Origin: Phycisphaerae bacterium
GTDB taxonomy: Bacteria > Planctomycetota > Phycisphaerae > UBA1845 > Fen-1342
Length of the DNA stretch: 17,164 nucleotides
Reading direction: 5' to 3'
NCBI GenBank assembly: GCA_050115495.1
Contig: JASFQK010000063.1
Location: 1 to 17,164 of the forward strand
The position numbers were made by a program, and so were the translations under genes. Positions 1-8,700 of this stretch are shown piece after piece; position 1 is the first letter of the stretch; each line of letters starts with the position of its first letter. Below the pieces are notes generated by a model, which searched no databases, was not told the origin of the DNA, and saw only the letters and a program-made list of their open reading frames with translations.

Positions 1-104
1 TCCCGTTACGCCAGTGCTTCGGCCCCCAACGCCGAACGCCTTCCAAGGCAATCGACTCCCTTCCAGTCACCCATCGCACCCGACAAACCCATTTCCCGGA
101 CAGA

Positions 105-322
105 ACTGCTCAAGAGCAGTGGCACACGCGGAGCCGGGCGGCGCGGATCGGGTGCGGCCTGATGTTCGACGTTGGCCACGGGGGCCGGCGCTACGAGGCG
201 TGGGGTGCGGAGCCTGGACGGCACTGGTGGGCAAGCCACCAGTGGCACGCGGCGTCCGTTCCATTCGACGTTGGCCACGGGGGGCCAACGCTACAACGGC
301 CGGCACGGAGACCGGCCGCTAC
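105..322. repeat. Cluster of REP-like palindromes: two (C)ACTG...CAGTGGCAC-type and three GTAG-type
   Basis: actgctc-aa-gagcagt-ggcac at 105-125 and cactggtgg-gcaag-ccaccagtg-gcac at 222-248. GTAG-type 26-mers (arm-ACGGRG-arm-CTAC) at 170-194 (degenerate), 269-294 and 297-322. Segment 264-322 recurs almost identically at 2199-2259. Confidence 0.85.
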
Positions 323-1626
323 CTGTAATCGGGGAGATACGTTCGCTCTGCCTCGAAGAGTTCGTTGGCCATGGCGCGGATTTCGGCGGGGGAGCAGACG
401 GCCGCGGTCAGGGGATCGACCATCAGGGCGTGGATCGCCGCCTCCTTGCTGCGTTCGATGGCCGCCGTGGCGGCGAGGTCGAACATCGCCATGTTCGAGG
501 CACAGAGGGCCGCCATCTGGCGGGGCAGTGGGCCGAACGGCACCGGTTGAATCCCCGTGGCGTCCACTTCGCAGGCGACCTCGACACAGCCGTCGAGCGG
601 CAGGTTCTCGATCAGGCCGCGGTTGACCAGGTTGCCGTGGATCGTCATCACGCAGTCGGTTTCATGGGCCTCAATGATCTGCGAGGCGTACTCGCGCGAA
701 CGAACCAGCGGGCGCAGCTCCTCCTCGGTGGCGAGGACCCGCTGTCGGCGGTCGTCGGTGGTCTTTCGCCAGATGGGCCAGTTGTTGGCGTAGAAGCTTT
801 CCTCGCCGAGATAGCCGGCGCGGCAGTATTTCTTGATGAGCTCGGGGCGCTTGCGGTAGTAGGGTAGGTACTCGGAGAAGTGGCCGCTCGACTCGGTGAC
901 GAACGCGCCGAAGTGCACCATCATGTCGAAGCGGACGGGGTCCTTCTCGAACAGCTCGGCGTCTTTCTGGACCTTCTCGCGCAGGGCCGGGTAGAGGTCG
1001 TGGCCGTTGTGGCGCAGCGTCGTGAACCAGGCCATGTGGTTGATGCCACCGCAGGACCATTCGAGTTCGTCGTAGGGCACGCCGGTGTAGTCGGCGAGTT
1101 GCTGGCTGGAGCCCTGGACGGAGTGGCACAGGCCGATGACGGGCGTGGACGAGCTGCGGAAGGCGGCGAGGCACATCATGCTCATGGGGTTGGTGTAGTT
1201 GAGCACCCAGGCGTCGGGGCAGAGGGTCTCGCAGTCGCGGAGGACCTCGAGCCAGACGGGGATGGTCCGCAGGGCGCGGAAGAGGCCGCCGGGGCCGATG
1301 GTGTCGCCGATGCACTGCGAAACGCCGAACTTGAGGGGGATATCCTGGTCGGCGCGGACGCAATCCAGGCCGGAGACCTCGATGCAGTTGACGATGTAAT
1401 TGGCGCCGGCGAGCGCATCCTGGCGGCGGGTGGTGGCGTCGACCGTCCACTGGCGGTCGGTGCGCTCGGCGATGAGCCGGGCGACGCCGAGCGCGGCCTC
1501 CAGTCGGCGTTCGTCGATGTCGACGAGGCGGAGGGTGCTGCCGGCCAGCGCGGGGACGAGCATCAGGTCGGTGGCCAGGGGTTCGACGAAACTGCTGCCA
1601 GCTCCGAGAAAGCAGATGGTGGGCAC
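319..1626 (-). CDS. melA: Glycoside hydrolase family 4, NAD+/Mn2+-dependent alpha-galactosidase (MelA-like)
   Basis: GH4 motifs: N-terminal ICFLGAGSS Rossmann motif, IPLKFGVSQCIGDTIGPGGLFRALRTIP, LNYTNPM, IGLCHS, GINHMAW, TESSGHFSEY. Start set at GTG 1626 with GAGGAG RBS 6 nt upstream; the longer ORF from 1785 is likely over-extended. Confidence 0.9.
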   Translation of the reverse strand: MPTICFLGAGSSFVEPLATDLMLVPALAGSTLRLVDIDERRLEAALGVARLIAERTDRQWTVDATTRRQDALAGANYIVNCIEVSGLDCVRADQDIPLKFGVSQCIGDTIGPGGLFRALRTIPVWLEVLRDCETLCPDAWVLNYTNPMSMMCLAAFRSSSTPVIGLCHSVQGSSQQLADYTGVPYDELEWSCGGINHMAWFTTLRHNGHDLYPALREKVQKDAELFEKDPVRFDMMVHFGAFVTESSGHFSEYLPYYRKRPELIKKYCRAGYLGEESFYANNWPIWRKTTDDRRQRVLATEEELRPLVRSREYASQIIEAHETDCVMTIHGNLVNRGLIENLPLDGCVEVACEVDATGIQPVPFGPLPRQMAALCASNMAMFDLAATAAIERSKEAAIHALMVDPLTAAVCSPAEIRAMANELFEAERTYLPDYR

Positions 1627-1873
1627 TTCGTTCTCCTCGCCCGGTGGGCGTCGGAAACGTCGGTGAAGCAGCGGCCGCCTCCGCAGGCCGGCCGATTCGG
1701 CGGTCGGGCACCACATTGTGCCGCGCGCCGGCGGCCGGGGGAAGAACCCGCTCGCTGGCAACGGGGGTCGGATCGGCGTTGACACGCCTCACCCGTCGCT
1801 ACCGCTTGGGGCTCGGATGGATTGCCTGTCCGAGCCGCGACCGGGAGGAGCGGGTCCTGCGTCCCGCCTGCGC

Positions 1874-2259
1874 CTGTCCGAGCCCCGAGCGGTAGCGAGC
1901 GGGTGGTTTGCGCATACGTTCGCCGGTTGCGTCAACCACTCCCTGCCGGTCGTGGCTCGGACGAAGTGGCCCGCGCGAAGACTGACGATTCACCGGAGTG
2001 TGGCATGCTGAAGCCTTGGGCGCCGGCATGTCTTTCACTCGCGTTGTGGATCACATGCCGGCGCTGCGCTTCGGCATGCCACACCCCCAGCTATTGATGC
2101 GATTGTTGCCGGACGACGTCCGACACGGAGGTCGGACGCTACGGAGACGTCCGGTACGGAGCCCGGACGCTACATCGCGGGGCGCGCGTTTCCTGGCGTT
2201 CGACGTTGGCCACGGGGGGCCAACGCTACGGGACGGCCGGCACGGAGACCGGCCGCTAC
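1874..2259. repeat. Composite REP/BIME-like repeat, copy 1
   Basis: Highly similar by eye to the reverse complement of 10288-10626. Modules in order: GAGCCCCGAGCGGTAGCGAGCGGG/CACTCCCTGCCGGTCGTGGCTC pair; GTGTGGCATGC...GCATGCCACAC inverted pair; GTAG-type 26-mers at 2117-2142, 2148-2173, 2204-2229 and 2234-2259. Confidence 0.9.
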
Positions 2260-4364
2260 TGGGGGCCCCAGGGTTCGTTTTCGTCGGGCATCCTGCCGAG
2301 GCGGCCGGCCCAGGGCATGACGGCGTTTGGATGGCTGCTGGGGCGCAGGGCCGCGTTGGGGTTCTGGGCCTGCCATTCGGCGGGGGATTGGCCGTACATG
2401 GCTTCGATGAACGGGCGATACGTCGGGCCGCCGTTGATCGTGCAGAACGGGTAGATGCCGTCGACACTGCTGTACAGGATCACGCAGCGGCGGACACGCT
2501 CGGTGTCGTAGTTGTAGCGGTCCATGAAATGCATGCCGGCCGCCATCAGCGTGCGGATCTTGTTCTCGCCGGCACTGCCGCGGCCCTCGTGCTTGTTGGT
2601 CATGCCGCGCAGAGCGTTGAGGAACGTGAACGGCGTCACGCGGAAGTCGCGCTCCGTCCAGCGATACGTGCGCAGGAACAGCAGGGCCAGCGACAGCTTG
2701 TCGAGCCAGTTTGCCCGCTTGTTCGGCCGGCGGCGCTCGATGCGGTCGGCGAACTCGTTGAAGCCGTGCATCAGCCGCAGGTAGTTGAACAGCTTGGGAA
2801 TGGGAATGGCCTGCCGGTCGGCGGTGACGAAGTAGTACGAGCCGAAGGCGCAATCGCTGTGGCAGCTCGGGCGGATCTTCGGCTTGCCGTCGATCGTCTG
2901 CAACATGCGCGAGAGCGGGGCGACGGTGTTGAGCGGCTGGAAGTCGCGCTCGATATCCGCGCCGCTGCACGCGGCGATGTCGTGCGCCAGGTCGCCGAGG
3001 GTGTAGCGCTTCTTCTCCAGATCCTGCCGGCTGATGCGCCCGGTGAAGGTCACCGGCTGGTAGGCGATGCCGGAGATGACGTCGGCGTTCTGCACGGCGA
3101 AGTTGAAGATCTTCGGCACCTGGTCGCGGTTGAAGTCGTTCACGATCGTCGGCACGAGGCAGATCTTCATACCCGTCCGCCGGCAGTTCTCGACGACGGC
3201 GAGCTTCTTCTCCAGCAGCGGCTCGGCCCGCAGCTTGCGGTACATGGCATCGTCGAGACCGTCGAACTGGAGATAGAGCGTGTGCAGCCCCGCCTCCGCC
3301 GACCGCTCGGCGAATTCGAGGTTGGCGTGCGTGATGCCGTTGGTGGCGATCTGCACGTGCGTGAAGCCCATTTCGTTGGCTTTCTTCACGAGCCGGTGGA
3401 AGTCGGCGTGGATCGTGGGCTCGCCGCCGGTGAACTGGACCGCCGTCGCCGGATGGGGGTGCAGTTCGCGGAGCGATTGCAGCATCTCGACGACCATGTC
3501 GAAGTCGGGCTCGGAGACGTAGCCGGCCTGGTTCGCGCTGGCGAAGCAGACGGGGCAGGTCAGGTTGCAGCGGTTGGTCAGGTCGATCTGGGCCAGGCAG
3601 GTCGTGGAATGGTGCTGGTTGCACAGGCCGCAGTCGGTCGGGCAGGCGTTGCCGGCGGTGACCTGCGGCCGGTGCACGCCGCGCTCATCCTGGAAGCCGG
3701 CGCGCGTGGCCCGCAGGTACAGGCCGACGTCGCTGCTGATCTTGTCACGGAAGTAGCCGTGCTCGGGGCAGGTTTTCTCGATCCAGACGGCGTCGTTGCG
3801 GATGTAGTAACGGCCGAGGATCAGGCAGGAGCACTCGGGGCAAAGGGTCTCGACGGTCTTGGGCAGCTCGGTGACGGTGGCCCGGATGGGGAAGCCGGTG
3901 TACGTGTGCCGCGGTTGGCGCGGGTGCAGTGGCGGGGTGGGCTGCTGCACGAAGAGGACGTCGTCGTGCCGCTCGCGGTACGTGCCGCAGGTCGGGCAGG
4001 CGTATTCGAGGGCGATTTCGTCGGGGCTTTCCTCGTAGAGGAGCTGTCCGGGGACGAGCTCGCCGCAACGGGCACACTGCCACGTGCCGGTCCAGGGGAG
4101 CGCTTCGCGGCCGCGCTGGACCGGCGAGTACTTACGCATGTCCAGCTTGAACTGCTCGAGGTCCGTGCGAGCCGTTTCGGGGCGGACGGCGTGGCGGTGG
4201 ATATCCTGGAACGGCCGATGCAGCACGCCGGAATGCTGGGCGGTTTCGCCGGCCGCGGGACACGTGGGGCGGATGGTTCCGTCCTGGGGCGGCACGTCCG
4301 TGTGCGCGGGGGCCACGAGGCGGTCGGTGGCCGGGTGAGGCTCGTCCGTGTCGAGTCGCTTCAT
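2256..4364 (-). CDS. tes: Radical SAM enzyme of the tetraether lipid synthase Tes / GDGT-MAS (MJ0619) family
   Basis: Rubredoxin-like LCPEC-x20-CPEHG; auxiliary CPTDCGLCNQH; IDLTNRCNLTCPVCFA radical SAM motif; QFTGGEPT, QIATNG, LYLQFDG, YQPVTFTGR, SCHSDC, MHFMDRYNYDTERVRRCVI, YPFCTIN. ATG 4364 with a GGAG RBS. Confidence 0.85.
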   Translation of the reverse strand: MKRLDTDEPHPATDRLVAPAHTDVPPQDGTIRPTCPAAGETAQHSGVLHRPFQDIHRHAVRPETARTDLEQFKLDMRKYSPVQRGREALPWTGTWQCARCGELVPGQLLYEESPDEIALEYACPTCGTYRERHDDVLFVQQPTPPLHPRQPRHTYTGFPIRATVTELPKTVETLCPECSCLILGRYYIRNDAVWIEKTCPEHGYFRDKISSDVGLYLRATRAGFQDERGVHRPQVTAGNACPTDCGLCNQHHSTTCLAQIDLTNRCNLTCPVCFASANQAGYVSEPDFDMVVEMLQSLRELHPHPATAVQFTGGEPTIHADFHRLVKKANEMGFTHVQIATNGITHANLEFAERSAEAGLHTLYLQFDGLDDAMYRKLRAEPLLEKKLAVVENCRRTGMKICLVPTIVNDFNRDQVPKIFNFAVQNADVISGIAYQPVTFTGRISRQDLEKKRYTLGDLAHDIAACSGADIERDFQPLNTVAPLSRMLQTIDGKPKIRPSCHSDCAFGSYYFVTADRQAIPIPKLFNYLRLMHGFNEFADRIERRRPNKRANWLDKLSLALLFLRTYRWTERDFRVTPFTFLNALRGMTNKHEGRGSAGENKIRTLMAAGMHFMDRYNYDTERVRRCVILYSSVDGIYPFCTINGGPTYRPFIEAMYGQSPAEWQAQNPNAALRPSSHPNAVMPWAGRLGRMPDENEPWGPQ

Positions 4365-4479
4365 GCAAGGCTCCGTGACGTAAACGGCGCCGGCGCATCA
4401 GCCGGCGGTCGGTCGGCGGCACACGCGGCGACGGCCCGGGCGGTCCCCGAGCCCGCTGCGTTTGTGGCCGACGTGAGCA

Positions 4480-5775
4480 TCATAGAAAGAAGTCCGGGTA
4501 GATGCGCTGGTGGCGCTTGCGGCGCTGATAAGCGCGGGCGAGGTCGAGGAAGATCTCGAGATCGCGATCGAGGTTGGTGTTGACCTTGTCGAAGTACAGC
4601 GAACGAATGGGCAGGTCGTCGTGGTCGGCGCTGAGCGCCGGGTAGACGGCCTCGCTGACGATGCCGTTCATACAGGTGAACGGGCTGATATCGATGATGC
4701 CGTCGGCGCCCTTGCGGTAGAGGTAGATGGCCTTGCCGACGCTGAGGGTCATTTCGCCGAGGGCGCCCGTCGCCGGCAGGTAGGGCTCGGAGAAGCCGAG
4801 GACCTCGCGGATGTCGTGGGGCTCCTCATAGCCGACCAGGTCGGCGGCGACGGGGGCGAGGAGGGCCTGTTCGTAGCCGTGCTGCACGTGGCTCTTGAGC
4901 TTGAGCTTGAGGAAGTCGAAGTTGAAGCGGCCGTGCTCGTGGGCCCAGTCGTGCTCGCGCGACCAGTTGGTGTACCAGACCCACTCGGAGATGTCGGAGA
5001 GCCAGCACTCGCCGCCGAGGCGTTCGATGCGGCGGGCGGTGTCGTCGTTGCTGAAGGTGTTCAGCCGGCAGAAGATCTCGCCGACGAGGCCGATGAGCGG
5101 GTGGCCCTTCACGTATTTCGCGGGGACGGCGTGGAAACGGTCGCGAACGCGTTCGACGGCGGCCACCAGCAGCGCCAAGCTCTCCTTGGCCGACAGTCCG
5201 CGGCGGGCCAGCGCCTCGCCCAGGTCGTCGATGGACTCGACGAAGGCGGTGTCGGTGTCACCGGCGTGGAGCTCGTAGGGTCGTGTCTTCAGCAGGAACC
5301 GGGTGGCGAGGTCGCCGACCACGATCGACATCCAGGTGAGGCGCATGAGCGTGCTGGCGTGGTCGCCGAGCGCGCCGTAGTTGTCGCTGCTGTTGGGCGA
5401 GAAGACCAGCACGTCGTGGAAGCCCTGAGCGTCGAGGACTTGCCGCAGGTACGGTGCGTACTGCCCGAAGCGGCACGGCCCCGGGGCGCGGGGCATGAAG
5501 AAGGCGACCTTCTTCGGGTCGAAGCCGGGCTGGCGGCAGATGCGCAGGAAATCGCCGAGCGTGATGCGGTGCGGCAGGCACTCCTCGCCGCTGCTCTCGC
5601 GTCCGCCGAGGTCGAGCGTCTCCTCGTTCGAGTCCGGGGCGGGGGCGGCGTCGACACCGATGCTGCGAAAAGCGGCGGCGATCATCCGGGCAGCGGCGTA
5701 GGACATTTGCGGGAAGTAGATGGTTCGACCGGCGAGACTTCCTCGATCGGCTTTGACTGACAGGTCCGCCACCAT
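4480..5775 (-). CDS. PlsR-like reductase/dehydratase subunit (2-hydroxyacyl-CoA dehydratase-like), corresponding to the C-terminal part of Ger/PlsA-type enzymes
   Basis: Motifs GEECLPHRITLGD, GPCRFGQY, IGLVGEIFCRLN and SPFTCMNGIV. ATG 5775 preceded by AAGGGGA. Overlaps the upstream gene by 94 nt. Confidence 0.8.
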   Translation of the reverse strand: MVADLSVKADRGSLAGRTIYFPQMSYAAARMIAAAFRSIGVDAAPAPDSNEETLDLGGRESSGEECLPHRITLGDFLRICRQPGFDPKKVAFFMPRAPGPCRFGQYAPYLRQVLDAQGFHDVLVFSPNSSDNYGALGDHASTLMRLTWMSIVVGDLATRFLLKTRPYELHAGDTDTAFVESIDDLGEALARRGLSAKESLALLVAAVERVRDRFHAVPAKYVKGHPLIGLVGEIFCRLNTFSNDDTARRIERLGGECWLSDISEWVWYTNWSREHDWAHEHGRFNFDFLKLKLKSHVQHGYEQALLAPVAADLVGYEEPHDIREVLGFSEPYLPATGALGEMTLSVGKAIYLYRKGADGIIDISPFTCMNGIVSEAVYPALSADHDDLPIRSLYFDKVNTNLDRDLEIFLDLARAYQRRKRHQRIYPDFFL

Positions 5776-8700
5776 CGCAAGATCCCCTTGCTGTCCAGGT
5801 ACGCTTCGCAACGGGTCATCATTCCGGCGTCGTTGGAATGGCCGTCGAACTGGAGGGTTAGGAAGGGCTTGCCGGCCGCCGGCCGCATGAAGCCCTTCAG
5901 GAACGAATCCGGCCCGCACTTGAAGTTCGTGATGTAGATCAGGTGCAGGTTGGGATGCCGGCGGACGAGCTTGCCGGCGGCGAGAATCCGCCGACCGTAC
6001 GTCCAGTACATGTTGTCGTTGACGTCGTCGAGGTCGTCGCCGTCTACGGGCAGGACGTCGACCGGGAGGAGGTTGACGCCGTACTGCTCGCGGAGCTTGC
6101 GGGCGACGGACAGGCTGACGCCGGCATCGTGCATGTTGTAGGGGCGGCCGACGAGGACCATGCCGCTCTCGCCCGTGCGCTTGAGAATGTCGAGGGCCTC
6201 GCGGCCGGCCTGGGCGTACTCGTTGCGGAAGCGGGCGAGGTCGCGTTCGGCGGCGGCAAAAGCCCGGCGGGCCACGCGCGGCGACACGCCGAGATCCCTG
6301 GCTGCGTGGACCATCTTTGTCCGCAAGGCCCGCGGGCCTTCGTGCAGGGCGATGGTCGGGCAGAGGATGCGGGCCTGCCAGGCGCGGAACGCCGGTGCCT
6401 GCCGGACGATAAAGGGCAGCGTCGCGCCCCAGGGGCAGACGTGGCTTTCCAGGCCGGCGGCTCGTTCCGACGCCGAGATGAGATTCGGCAGCCAGATGTA
6501 ATCGACGCCGCGGTCGACCAGCTCGGCGACGTGACCGTGGGCCACGATGATCGGGAAGCAGGGTTCGGCCACGACCGATTCGAGCCCGCGGTGCGTCGTC
6601 CGCCGGTTGGTCTCATCGGAGAGCACCACGCGCAGGCCGCAGTCGCGGAAGAAGCGGCGCCACAGCGGCAGCAGCTCCCAGGTGTACATGGCCAGCGGGA
6701 TGCCGACGGTCGGGGCGTTGTCCGGTACCGGCTCGCCCTCGTCGCGGAAGAGGAGTTCGTGCCGCAGGGCGACGAGGTCGGGGATGACGGGCTGGCGCTC
6801 GGTCTTGACCTGCTTGCGATAGCGGTCGGAGCACTTGTCGCCCCAGAACGTCTTCTCGCCCTCGACGTTGAATTCCTGGATGGAGCAGCGGTTTCCGCAG
6901 CCGCGGCAGGTGAACTCACGCAGAGTGTAGTTCACGCGCGACAGGTCGTAGCCGCGGAAACGCGTGCTGGCCCCGGTGGCCTCGATCCGCTCGCGGGCCA
7001 GCAGGGCAGCGCCGATCGCCCCGAGCACGGCGTTGTGCGGCGGGACGATGATTTCCTTGTCGCAGATGATGCTGAACGCGGCGGCGACCGCGTCGTTGTA
7101 CGCCGTTCCGCCCTGGAAGAAGATGCAGTCGCCGACGGGCCGGCCGCGAACGACGCGGTTGATGTAGTTGTGGGCGATCGAATAGGCCAGGCCGGCGATG
7201 ATGTCTTCGAGCTTGGCGCCGCGCTGCATGCAGGTGTTGACGTCACGCTCCATGAAGACGGTGCAGCGCTCGCCGAGCTTGACCGGGGCGGTCGAGCTCA
7301 GGGCCAGCCGCGAGAACTCGTCCTTGATCGCCACGCCGAGCTCGGCGGCCCGCTCTTCGAGGAAGCTGCCGGTGCCCGCCGCACAAGCCTCGTTCATCGT
7401 GAAGTCGACGACGATCGTGTCGGTCGAGCCGTCGCCCTCGGGCTGGAGGCTGATGTACTTGCTGTCCTGACCGCCGATCTCGAAGATCGTGTCCGGTCGG
7501 CGGCCGAGGAGGCGGTCGCCGATGAACGTGGCCCCGGTCTTGTGGGCGGTGATTTCGTCGTTGATGCTGTCGGCGCCGACGAGTTCGCCGATGAGTTCAC
7601 GACCGCTGCCGGTGGTGCCGACGGCGCGGACGCGCACGCCCCAGCCGACAGCCTCTTCCAACTCACCCAGGCAGCGCGAGACCACCTCGATGGGGCGGCC
7701 TTCGGTGCGCGTGAAAATCGAATGGATGACCTCGCCAGCGGCGTCGATCAGGACCAGCTTCGTGCCGACGGAGCCGATGTCGATGCCGAGGAAGGCGTCG
7801 ACCGGCGTGACGTCGGGCACCTGGTACGGGCGGATCTGGTCGCGGAGTAGCTTGACGCGATCGAGCGCCAGAGGCCGCGAGCGGGCGAAGGTCTGCTGCT
7901 GGTCGTCGCTACTGGCGCTCAGTCGGGCCAGCAGGGCGGTGACGACCGCGGCGTCTGCCGGTCCGGCGTCGGTGGCGAGCAAAGCTGCGCCGGCTGCCCC
8001 CCACGATTCGGCCGCTTCGGGGACAAGCAACTGCCCGTCATGCAGATCGAACACTTCCTTCAGCGAGCTGACCACAGCCGTGTTCGCCGAAACACCGCCG
8101 ACGAGGGCGACGGGCGGCTCGACCGTTCGGCCGCGGACGACCGCCGACTTGTAGTTGGTCGCCACCGCGTGGCACAGGCCACGGAGGACTTCTGGCGGTT
8201 GGTAGCCCTTCTGCTGGGCGTGGATCATGTCGCTCTTGGCGAAGACGCTGCACCGGCCGGCGATCTGGGCGGTACGCTCCGCTTCGGCGACGACGCTGCC
8301 GATGTCCTCGACGGCGTATTGCAGCCGGGCGGCCTGCTGGTCGAGGAAGGCTCCGGTGCCCGCGGCGCAGTCACCGTTGTTGCTGTAATCGACGATGCCG
8401 AGTCGACCACTCGCCGGATCGGGCGTGAGACGCAGGTAGCGGCTCGTCTCGCCACCCATCTCGAAGATGGTGCGTACGTCGGTATGCAGGGCATCCACCG
8501 CTCGGGCGCAAGCCTGAAACTCGTTGCAGGTCTCGGTGCCGAGCGCCTCGGCCACGAGCGTGCTGCCCGAGCCGGTGAGCATCAGCCGCCCGACACGTTC
8601 GCCCGGGATGACCGCGAGCAGCTCGGCGAGCAGCTCACGGGCCACAGCGAGAGGTTGCCCCCGTGTCCGTCGCGGCGGAGCGGTCAATACGACAAGGGAG

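Noticed and set aside
1..104. Short ORFs at the window start
   Set aside because: No motif or RBS support, and they overlap repeats.
319..1626. melA as part of the lipid operon
   Set aside because: Separated by about 630 nt of repeats and upstream sequence; no evident functional link.
2117..2259. Possible CRISPR array
   Set aside because: Units differ in sequence, spacers are irregular (about 4-30 nt), there are no cas genes, and the GTAG hairpin form fits REPs.
2256..4364. Annotation as MoaA or a pterin methyltransferase
   Set aside because: The rubredoxin-like and auxiliary-cluster motifs fit the MJ0619/Tes family; no MoaA C-terminal GG motif and no Moco genes nearby.
1998..4583. 861-aa plus-strand ORF
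   Set aside because: Antisense shadow of the Tes-like gene in high-GC DNA; begins inside a repeat and has no motifs.
4510..7850. Plus-strand ORFs 4510-5760 and 5943-7850
   Set aside because: Antisense shadows of the PlsR-like and PlsA-like genes.
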